DNA of 64,000 bases, from positions 5,178-69,177 of the IMG/VR virus record IMGVR_UViG_3300009149_007629. The stretch is one strand, 5' to 3'. The notes under the pieces were generated by a model that had not been told where the DNA came from, did no database searches, and saw only the letters and a program-made list of their open reading frames with translations. Position 1 is the first letter of the stretch; every line of letters begins with the position of its first letter. Source of the stretch: a virus. The position numbers and the translations under genes are program-made. Shown in pieces: positions 31,419-39,609 of the stretch.

Positions 31419-32783
31419 TTAACTATTCGTTATAGTAATACTACTCATTAATGCTGACCCACTACCCAGTGTAAAACTATCAGGATCTACAGTATAAAAA
31501 TCCTGGTCAAACTCAGCAGTTATCTCCGAAAAAGTACTTAAACTTAACGCTGAACCGCTCTTAAAAGAAAAACTATCAGGATCTACAGTATAAAAATCCT
31601 GATCGAACTCTGCAGTTACCCCCACAGAACTTAACGACGCAGCACCACTACCTTGCTGAAAAACATAATCCCTGCTATCTACATTTATTTGAGGTGTACC
31701 TAAACCGCCCACATCTTCAAAAGGAGGCCAGATACTTATCTGTCTATACCCTGAAACAGGTGTAACGAACTCAGATTTTATAAGTGAGAAAAAGGGCGTT
31801 CTCATGCGTATGTACTTGTCACCGTATGATCCCGTCCACTGATACCACCTTTCAAAACCCTGAAAATCTAAAAAAGGTATCGTATCTTCTACCACAAAGA
31901 AATTATTTACATTAAAATAACCTATCTCATAAAAAAAGGGCTTTTGAACGTATGCCTCATACTGTGTATCTATCTTAGGCAAATAAATAAACGGTTCGTA
32001 TATACTTCCTACAAGGAAATATCCGAGTCCAGTTGTTCCCATTCTCATGAAGTCATCACTCTGTATTTCTATAGAAAGATTATTAGAAGAGCTACTCATC
32101 ATAGTGAATTCGTTTTCTGGATCCCGCCTCATATTAATCTGAGCACCGAATCCAGAAAGAAGTACACTAGGTATGTACGACCAAGTCAGCTCATTTGCTA
32201 CATCTAATACCCTAACATTCGAGGATGAGTCCTTCCTATATGTTACATAAATTTTATCTGATGAAACATCATAAAAAGCTTTAGGGTCTTCCCCCGTATT
32301 TAATATAAACTCATAGTCATCCCATACCCAACTACCAGCCTGTTGTATCTGACGCCGCCCATATACGTACCTGCCCCACTTCTCTAACTCTTCTAAACTG
32401 GTAATAGAAAACTCACCTACATATACTAGAGCTAAAAGGATCACATCCTTTACAACACTCATTGGGTAGTCTTCAGTATTGAGGACATTACCGACTGCAT
32501 CTACATATATAAGCTGATTTGTACTTGCGGGCATTACCAAAGAATGAGCCGTCCAAGATACCGGAGTACCATTTATCTCCCCATTACCCGCTTCCACATT
32601 AACGTTAAAAGTAGTGTCTACAAAAGAAGTTCGAGAATCACTGAGCCTCCCTGAATAAAGCTCTTTCTCATATAGTACCACAAACCTACCTGAGGGTAAC
32701 CGGACAGCTGCTAGATCCCTATTTATTCGGAGATCATCTGTATCAAATGTAAGTCTTAATGATGGAAGATTATCAAAAGCCAT
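31419..32783 (-). CDS. tail-associated structural protein with C-terminal tandem repeat
   Basis: Fibre-like N-terminal domain (VEAGNGEING...LIYVD...LLALV); duplicated TAEFDQDFYTVDPDSF. Confidence 0.7.
   Translation of the reverse strand: MAFDNLPSLRLTFDTDDLRINRDLAAVRLPSGRFVVLYEKELYSGRLSDSRTSFVDTTFNVNVEAGNGEINGTPVSWTAHSLVMPASTNQLIYVDAVGNVLNTEDYPMSVVKDVILLALVYVGEFSITSLEELEKWGRYVYGRRQIQQAGSWVWDDYEFILNTGEDPKAFYDVSSDKIYVTYRKDSSSNVRVLDVANELTWSYIPSVLLSGFGAQINMRRDPENEFTMMSSSSNNLSIEIQSDDFMRMGTTGLGYFLVGSIYEPFIYLPKIDTQYEAYVQKPFFYEIGYFNVNNFFVVEDTIPFLDFQGFERWYQWTGSYGDKYIRMRTPFFSLIKSEFVTPVSGYRQISIWPPFEDVGGLGTPQINVDSRDYVFQQGSGAASLSSVGVTAEFDQDFYTVDPDSFSFKSGSALSLSTFSEITAEFDQDFYTVDPDSFTLGSGSALMSSITITNS
31473..31618. 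repeat. intragenic direct repeat, 50-bp conserved core, 96-bp period
   Basis: aaaactatcaggatctacagtataaaaatcctg...gcagtta at 31473-31522 and 31569-31618, differing at 3 synonymous positions. Confidence 0.9.
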
Positions 32784-32908
32784 TATATGCCAACCTTAAC
32801 ATAAAAGGCCCCTGTAAATGTCTTTCTTCTCAAAAAAAAATATTTAGGGCTGCGCTCAGCAGAGATATCAAATGTAATCTTATCCGAAGGTAATTTATCG
32901 TATGCCAT
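32783..32908 (-). CDS. unannotated 41-aa micro-protein MAYDKLPSDKITFDISAERSPKYFFLRRKTFTGAFYVKVGI
   Basis: Fills the gap exactly (starts 3 nt after the upstream stop, TAATG overlap downstream); N-terminus resembles MAFDNLPSLRLTFD of the next gene. Confidence 0.75.
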   Translation of the reverse strand: MAYDKLPSDKITFDISAERSPKYFFLRRKTFTGAFYVKVGI

Positions 32909-32911
32909 AAT

Positions 32912-33373
32912 TTATGAGAGGTTCGCACTTAAAGTAACATTAAAATTCCCCTCTACAGCATACTCATGCTGAGGGCTTACATCAGATGAGACAGGAGAGC
33001 TATCTCCAAAATCCCATTCCCAATCTGAAAGAACTAAACCAAAAGGAGCTACACTTGTATTAGTAAATTTTACTGTAAAAGGTATATACCCCTTCTGAAC
33101 ATCTACAGTATAATCAAGCTTTGCTATCTTAATTAGATTAAACATCCGGATATAATCTATCCCAGTACCACTATATAACTTTAGAACTACTGTATGGACT
33201 CCATAGGTATTATAAGTATGAACAGCTTCAGGATCATTATCTGTATATGTCTCCCCGTCACCAAACTCCCACTCATATTGATAAGGCTCTCCTGAGGTTA
33301 CATCTGCTAAAAAATTAACTGTAAGAGGCATTACTCCTACAGTAACATCCGCTATAATATTTGCTGAAGCCAT
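32912..33373 (-). CDS. tandem PKD-domain protein (second domain lacks the final strand)
   Basis: YEWEFGDG and WEWDFGD motifs. Confidence 0.88.
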   Translation of the reverse strand: MASANIIADVTVGVMPLTVNFLADVTSGEPYQYEWEFGDGETYTDNDPEAVHTYNTYGVHTVVLKLYSGTGIDYIRMFNLIKIAKLDYTVDVQKGYIPFTVKFTNTSVAPFGLVLSDWEWDFGDSSPVSSDVSPQHEYAVEGNFNVTLSANLS

Positions 33374-33378
33374 ATAAC

Positions 33379-34041
33379 TTATACCCCATCCAGATAAACA
33401 GCCCTGCCACGGGTCTGTGAAAAGTACTCTCTTAAATCCTTACTCTCAGACCATATTTTAAGCTCATCCAGCTTTAACTGACTATCCTTCGCAATTTCTA
33501 CCTTTGACTCAGATACTACCATCGGAGCTGTATTAGAAACTTTAGAGCTATCTAAAATTACCCTGTATAAATCTGATCTACCATAGTACAGTTGATCCTC
33601 TACCTGGTTATATTCTAAATAAAGCCACTTATTTATATCTCCTACAGCATCCACAGAACGTCTTATCGTACCCTTTGTCTCAAACACTAGATGAAGAAAT
33701 TCATCTAAATAAAACTTCCAATAATCCCCCGTATCATTATTAAGAGACTGCATAATAATAAACTGAGGATCTGTATAAACCTTATTAACAATTATATAAT
33801 TCTCTTTTGTTACTGGGACGAGGTCTATGGTGTCATCCACTAGAAGAGTCACACTATACTTACCCTCTGACCAGTACGTGTGATTTATCGAGGAGCTGTT
33901 ACCATCAATGATAGTACCATCCCCTAGTATCCATTTCCTTGAAATTATCGCAGTCGAGGATGTAGTATTATCATTGAGCGTGGTGTAAAGAACACCATCC
34001 CCTACTCTCTGAGTTACTGTAAAATCAGGTACTGTCGCCAT
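33379..34041 (-). CDS. PKD domain + C-terminal half of a LamG/ConA-like domain
   Basis: KWILGDG...HTY..EGKYSVTL; INKWLYLEY and LDELKIW match the LamG C-terminal motifs. Confidence 0.7.
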   Translation of the reverse strand: MATVPDFTVTQRVGDGVLYTTLNDNTTSSTAIISRKWILGDGTIIDGNSSSINHTYWSEGKYSVTLLVDDTIDLVPVTKENYIIVNKVYTDPQFIIMQSLNNDTGDYWKFYLDEFLHLVFETKGTIRRSVDAVGDINKWLYLEYNQVEDQLYYGRSDLYRVILDSSKVSNTAPMVVSESKVEIAKDSQLKLDELKIWSESKDLREYFSQTRGRAVYLDGV

Positions 34042-34043
34042 TT

Positions 34044-35138
34044 TTATACCGTTATATGCATTGTTTTTTCTGTATAACCCGCACTATTCGTAGCTTTCAA
34101 AGTCACCATATATTTACCAGAAGCAGCAAATATAACAGTCACATCTTTAGATCCAAAAAACCCACTACCCTCAATATCCCATTCCCAAGTATCAGGAAAA
34201 AATTTAGATTGATCGAGGAAATTAATCTTTAAAGGATTCAGAGGATCTACTGTATAGGTAAAGTCAGCTACCGGGTACATATCGACTCTTACCCAAGCAT
34301 GTATAACTCCTGTTACACCCTCAAACCCGGTATAAGACCCCCTAACAAAAGAAGAGCCTCCTCCATTATATTTAAAAGCATGACAGTTATCTACTACACC
34401 CTCTTCTAACAAATACTGAGATTCATCTAGCTTTATAAAAGTAGCCCCGCCCCCAGGATTCCCTATAAAACCGGCTCCATAAGCCGTCCACCCAAAATCC
34501 CTCTCATACACAGAGTAATCTATAAGTACAGGATCATTAACCTTAAACTTAGTATACAAAGTAAGTGCCAAATCCTGTGACACCCCCGTAACTCCCTGAA
34601 GACCTGTATAACCTTGAACCCCAAGTCCCGTATCTCCCATAGAGCCTGTTATACCTACGAGGCCTGTGACACCCGCATCTCCCTGGATACCCGTAGTACC
34701 AGCAGATCCAGTCACCCCTAAAGGACCTCTTAATCCTCTATCCCCCTGCTCAAACTGAGTAGAGAATGAAAAGGTAGACATCCTTGAGTATTCATAAATA
34801 GCACTTACTTCATATTTACTCAAATACTGTTTAAATGAAATCTGTGCTATCGGGAGTAAATTTTCTATAGCAGCAAAGGATAGGGGACCTATAGGTTTGT
34901 CTGACTTCGTATGATGCTCAAAATAGAAAGAGCCATCCTCTACCTTATAATACACATTTACTAAAAGATATTTATTCTTATCTTCAGGTAGTTTAAAAAA
35001 TGGCTGACCCCAAAGAGGGATTCTAATATTTGAAAGAGTAATAATTTCAGTATTATAAACGACATTGCCTAGATTTACAATGTAATCCAGGCTTCCGTCT
35101 GCATTTCTTCTTTCATATATCTGATTCTTATTTTCCAT
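34044..35138 (-). CDS. collagen-like repeat + N-terminal half of a LamG-like domain + PKD domain protein
   Basis: About 18 G-X-Y triplets; LYTKF..LIDYS..AFKYNG..IHAWVRV; PKD PVADFTY...WEWD. Confidence 0.78.
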   Translation of the reverse strand: MENKNQIYERRNADGSLDYIVNLGNVVYNTEIITLSNIRIPLWGQPFFKLPEDKNKYLLVNVYYKVEDGSFYFEHHTKSDKPIGPLSFAAIENLLPIAQISFKQYLSKYEVSAIYEYSRMSTFSFSTQFEQGDRGLRGPLGVTGSAGTTGIQGDAGVTGLVGITGSMGDTGLGVQGYTGLQGVTGVSQDLALTLYTKFKVNDPVLIDYSVYERDFGWTAYGAGFIGNPGGGATFIKLDESQYLLEEGVVDNCHAFKYNGGGSSFVRGSYTGFEGVTGVIHAWVRVDMYPVADFTYTVDPLNPLKINFLDQSKFFPDTWEWDIEGSGFFGSKDVTVIFAASGKYMVTLKATNSAGYTEKTMHITV

Positions 35139-35139
35139 A

Positions 35140-38100
35140 TTATTTTCTTACAATCGGTTTGTTAGTCAGCCTGTACACCGATATTGATGTTGGAGCCTCT
35201 TCTGTGTACCCAGGTTCATACTCTATGTTATTATCTTCATAGAAACCCGTACGATTCTCTAAACGTGCTTTATAAACCTTTGAGAAGATAAGAAGTACCA
35301 ACTCACCCCTTAAGAAAGGAGCAACCATTTGACTTCTTATCCGAGCTAACATAGGAACAAAAACCTTACGCGGTGTACCTAAAGTAAGATTCTCCGCCTG
35401 GAAGATAACATCCTGAGAACAACCTTTATAAAAAGGTCTACCCAAACGGTCACCCACATTATTAGGTTCAGACAATATGATGTCCTCTGCTAAGTTCTCT
35501 GATATTATACCAGGTAACTTAACAAATCCTGTGTCGATACTAAATGAATTAAAATCCATGTCATCAATATTAGAAAACATATTGTCATTGGCGATGCTAT
35601 CATCATTGATACCTATATGTTCTACAGGAATCTCATATGGCTCCCCCTTTACCAGAGGTGTAGCACCCGTCCCTAAATTCGAGACATACACAAAATCAGA
35701 GGTATTTAAAATTTCTACCTTCATCTCTGCAGGCAAATTTCCAATGCCCTGGTATGGGACATATCTGTAAAATACTGACGATGTAGATGTATCAGCTAGA
35801 CCCGGTAATGTATTCAACTTCAGCAGCAATGGTATAAGAACCGTTCCCGCATTGATAGATTTATCAGGACCTAATGTTACCGTAATCGTAGATGTACCAA
35901 AACCTGCTACAGTATCCACAGGGACACTCGAATAATATTCAGATCCCGGCGTATTGGATTTATATAAAACGTACATCTGGTTAGCACTATCCTTAGTCTC
36001 ATACGAAGACATCCCTAAAGCTATTGCTTCTCCTAAACCGGATACATTAGGATCATTTAAATCCACAACAAAGGAATTTACCAGGTTATTAAATGTTACG
36101 GGGTAAAGCATCCCGACATAAAAACCCCCTACACCCTTAGATGCTACATTAAAAGCCGACACCATGGATGTCTTCAAAGCATCCTCATATTCACCTTTAC
36201 TATGTGTCGTGATACTATCATCTACATCCGTAATACTTATACCAGACCCTGTGATACCATACACACTAGGACTTATTGTAGCCTCTAATACCACCTCTAC
36301 AACATTATCTGGTGGTATTACATAAGCATCATCCAGGTATACTACCATGTTGTCATATACCACCTGATTATTTATAGTCTCACGATCCCTTAAAGACTTA
36401 TCATCTGCAAAATCCGAGGATATCTTATAGGAGCTACCATTTACATTCTTAACCTTTTTAACACCGTAAATAGTATACCCATTTAGATTCTTAGGGATAC
36501 GAATAATATTTGTGGTTACCTCAGTTTTAAAGTAATAGTGGTACTCTAATAAAGACCCTCTAAACTGCTGGCCTTTATATTTTCTAAAAGACCTCAGATA
36601 GTCTGGGTCATCCGGTGTAACTTCAGCCTGTACTCCGTACAGATCCAGATCCTCCGCATTACCTAAACTTTCAGTAGGAGAATATATCGTAGTATAATCA
36701 GTATACCCTGAGACATTCTCAGTAAGGGTCTCATAGAGCTTATAAGGTTCCCGGTAACTTATCGCATTGAAATAATAAGATTCATTTATAACATTTACCG
36801 GGTCCGATATATACTTTACAGAAATAGGATCCTGAGGTACCCGACTTAAACCGACTCCTGCATAATTCAGGTAGTGTGCTGTTATCTGGTATTCTATACC
36901 ATCTAAGGTACCACCGGCTGGAGTATAGTCCTCTGCTAAATTAAACTTAACAGAGTTCGTACCCAAACCTTCAAAATTACCCTGGACGGGCTCTTCCGTT
37001 GCAACCCCGTCACGCAATACATACGCACTATAATAAGCAGGGTCGTTGTGATATAGCCCATTATCTATTGGCCCAAAAGTAAGTTCGTCTTCTGTAATAA
37101 GTATATTCGGATCTAATGTTTTCTGGTCCTGTACAATCTTTGCTTCTGAACTCACTCCTGATCTGACCAGATTATTTATTTCTGTTACTCCAGTATACTG
37201 ATCAGAATTAAAAATTGCAGTGCCATATTGGTCGCCACTTTGGCTTCTATCACTTATATTTGTTTTAAGCCTATTCGACATCAATTTATCAAAGTTTTTC
37301 TGTAGATAGTAACTGTATGAGTCAACAACTACCCGTCTTCTAATATCCGTGACGTCAAAATCAACAATATTTTCATAAGTAAGAGCATCTGGACGTATAG
37401 CATTTAAGTCATAAAATGTTGAGCCATTGATATTAGTGTCTTCATTAAAGGCCCCTGAGTTACGTCGAGTAACAAAGAACATCGGTATAGACCAGCTATA
37501 CCCATCTACAGTATTTCTGCAGCGAGCTCTCCACAAACCATAATCTCCACTCTCTTCTCCCATATTTTCGTAGGAATAATTACCTGCGACATTTGTATCT
37601 ACATTAGGGCCCTGACTAAACACATAGGATTGCCCTAACCCCGCCTCAGGATAATTGAATGGATCTACACCATCTACGACTCTTATACGATACTGTATCT
37701 GTACTCTTTTTGTAGTCTCTACTCCTACTGCATCTGATATTATATCATCAATCAAATAATCTTGAGCTTCCGAGAGGATATTGCCCTCAGGATAAATTCT
37801 ACCCTTTGATTTAGCCCTTAAATCAGTATCCTGTATCTCAGTATTCCCTGAGATATTTGCAGGGTCATACTTAATAATAGTGCCATCAAATCCGCTATAC
37901 CACCCTAAAGAATCTGTAACATAAAAAACGTCGTTAAGATCCCCTGATACTCCCAGATCTAAGATCTCCCATTTTGACCCACTATTACTGGAAACTAACG
38001 CCACCCCATCTGATCCAGCGATCCATGCTTTATTTTCAACAGAGAAAGAGATATCAGCAGGGTAAGTACTTGTAAAAGTACCCGTGGTAGGTCTAAAATC

Positions 38101-39606
38101 TGAAGGCTGATTAAAACCTTGGTAATTTATAGCTGCTTCAAATACTCTTATCTTAACCCTGTCTGCATTAGGTAGATATGCATCATCCGATCTATAAGGA
38201 CTGACCAGGGCATTTATAGCATCCCTAAGACTTTCAGTAGTCGGGTAATTCTCTAAATCTAGAACATTGACATAATTGATATTATCCTGTACTCCCGTGT
38301 ATTCCAAAACAAAAGATCCCGGGTATTCATTAGGAGATATCTTATAAACCAAATTTTTATAATAATTTTTAGAGTCTGGATATACTGCTATTGTTAATTT
38401 TACAGGGTATTCATTTTTAATAAATACCTTATTAAAATCTATCTGCATCGTAGGATACAACTCTGATATAGATTTATACTCACCATCTACCCATATCCGG
38501 TCACTCATAGATACCCAGGTAAACCCGCTATCAGTAGTCTTGTATATGACCCCATTTTCACCTACCATAAGACCATCATTAAGGTTGTAGAAACCTACTG
38601 AGAGCAGATTAGCAGTAACAGTACTATTTACCCTGCTATCTCTTACAACATACTCTGTCCAAATATTACCACCATCTTTTGTGATAAGTAAGGTACCATT
38701 GTCCCCAATAGCCCATCCTACAGCTGTATCGTAAAAATACACGCCATTTAGATTATCAGTGTTACTTGATACCTCTGTAACAAGTACAAAGTTATTTGCA
38801 TCTATTGTACGGAGGATTGTACCATTGTCGCCTACTGCCACGATATGCTGAGCATCTATGATATAGATATCATTAAGATCGTCTTCGATGGGAGTATCCA
38901 GCTCTACCCAAGTTTTACCTCCATCGATACTTTTAATGATTACTCCTTTAGCACCTATAGCAAATCCTACAAAAGTATCTAAAAACTTAACTTTCTTATA
39001 ATTGACATTTACAGGGACCTTACCAGAGACCCAGGTTACACCACCATCCACTGTATTAAGTATTACGGCGTTATTTCCTACGGCCCAACCAATGTTTTCA
39101 TTAAACATTGTAATACCATAAAGGTCACTTATCTTTGTTACAGGCTCAGGTTTTACTACATCATAGACTTCTGGGTCTACCCCCGACTGACTTTCTGTAG
39201 GAGATATAAGAGCTCTCCAAACTTCTAGAAAAACTCCATCTGTCCTACTACCTGATCTTAGTTGAGAATCATTAAGAGCTATTTTATTAACATGCTTTAA
39301 TGGCGTCCGGGTATTTGTAACATACACAGGCCATCCGTTTACTAATGCGACTTCAGGTTTGGATCCCTCAGGATCCTGTGTATAGAAGCTATTATCTAAT
39401 TGATTAGAGGTATAAAAAGGCCGAGAGCTCATCCAACCTGACGAAAGATGAGACATAGATTTTTGGGATATTATCTCCTGTAGTTCCTGGGTAAGATTAA
39501 GTTCCCCGTCTAGTGGCGGTTTACCCTTCTGGAATACTACCTTATCATAAGCATATCCGTAACTTCCAAAAGAAGTCGAGACACCGGGTCCTAAGTTTCT
39601 TGCCAT
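35140..39606 (-). CDS. large baseplate/tail-fibre-like protein with inserted YCF48/BNR-type beta-propeller
   Basis: N-terminal VVFQKGKPPLDGELN (DUF4815/DUF6519-like motif); repeated GWAVG..G.IL.T.DGG.TW blades; paralog of 11462..14722. Confidence 0.78.
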   Translation of the reverse strand: MARNLGPGVSTSFGSYGYAYDKVVFQKGKPPLDGELNLTQELQEIISQKSMSHLSSGWMSSRPFYTSNQLDNSFYTQDPEGSKPEVALVNGWPVYVTNTRTPLKHVNKIALNDSQLRSGSRTDGVFLEVWRALISPTESQSGVDPEVYDVVKPEPVTKISDLYGITMFNENIGWAVGNNAVILNTVDGGVTWVSGKVPVNVNYKKVKFLDTFVGFAIGAKGVIIKSIDGGKTWVELDTPIEDDLNDIYIIDAQHIVAVGDNGTILRTIDANNFVLVTEVSSNTDNLNGVYFYDTAVGWAIGDNGTLLITKDGGNIWTEYVVRDSRVNSTVTANLLSVGFYNLNDGLMVGENGVIYKTTDSGFTWVSMSDRIWVDGEYKSISELYPTMQIDFNKVFIKNEYPVKLTIAVYPDSKNYYKNLVYKISPNEYPGSFVLEYTGVQDNINYVNVLDLENYPTTESLRDAINALVSPYRSDDAYLPNADRVKIRVFEAAINYQGFNQPSDFRPTTGTFTSTYPADISFSVENKAWIAGSDGVALVSSNSGSKWEILDLGVSGDLNDVFYVTDSLGWYSGFDGTIIKYDPANISGNTEIQDTDLRAKSKGRIYPEGNILSEAQDYLIDDIISDAVGVETTKRVQIQYRIRVVDGVDPFNYPEAGLGQSYVFSQGPNVDTNVAGNYSYENMGEESGDYGLWRARCRNTVDGYSWSIPMFFVTRRNSGAFNEDTNINGSTFYDLNAIRPDALTYENIVDFDVTDIRRRVVVDSYSYYLQKNFDKLMSNRLKTNISDRSQSGDQYGTAIFNSDQYTGVTEINNLVRSGVSSEAKIVQDQKTLDPNILITEDELTFGPIDNGLYHNDPAYYSAYVLRDGVATEEPVQGNFEGLGTNSVKFNLAEDYTPAGGTLDGIEYQITAHYLNYAGVGLSRVPQDPISVKYISDPVNVINESYYFNAISYREPYKLYETLTENVSGYTDYTTIYSPTESLGNAEDLDLYGVQAEVTPDDPDYLRSFRKYKGQQFRGSLLEYHYYFKTEVTTNIIRIPKNLNGYTIYGVKKVKNVNGSSYKISSDFADDKSLRDRETINNQVVYDNMVVYLDDAYVIPPDNVVEVVLEATISPSVYGITGSGISITDVDDSITTHSKGEYEDALKTSMVSAFNVASKGVGGFYVGMLYPVTFNNLVNSFVVDLNDPNVSGLGEAIALGMSSYETKDSANQMYVLYKSNTPGSEYYSSVPVDTVAGFGTSTITVTLGPDKSINAGTVLIPLLLKLNTLPGLADTSTSSVFYRYVPYQGIGNLPAEMKVEILNTSDFVYVSNLGTGATPLVKGEPYEIPVEHIGINDDSIANDNMFSNIDDMDFNSFSIDTGFVKLPGIISENLAEDIILSEPNNVGDRLGRPFYKGCSQDVIFQAENLTLGTPRKVFVPMLARIRSQMVAPFLRGELVLLIFSKVYKARLENRTGFYEDNNIEYEPGYTEEAPTSISVYRLTNKPIVRK

Positions 39607-39609
39607 TTT

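Noticed and set aside
22746-31618. Diversity-generating retroelement acting on adhesin genes
   Set aside because: No reverse transcriptase is present. The repeats are intragenic with synonymous differences, and I saw no non-coding template repeat with adenine-specific mismatches.
22746-35138. Archaeal origin suggested by Methanosarcina-like PKD surface domains, or a cellular contractile injection system
   Set aside because: The linked PolA, DnaB, DnaG-type zinc finger and sigma factor point to a bacteriophage.
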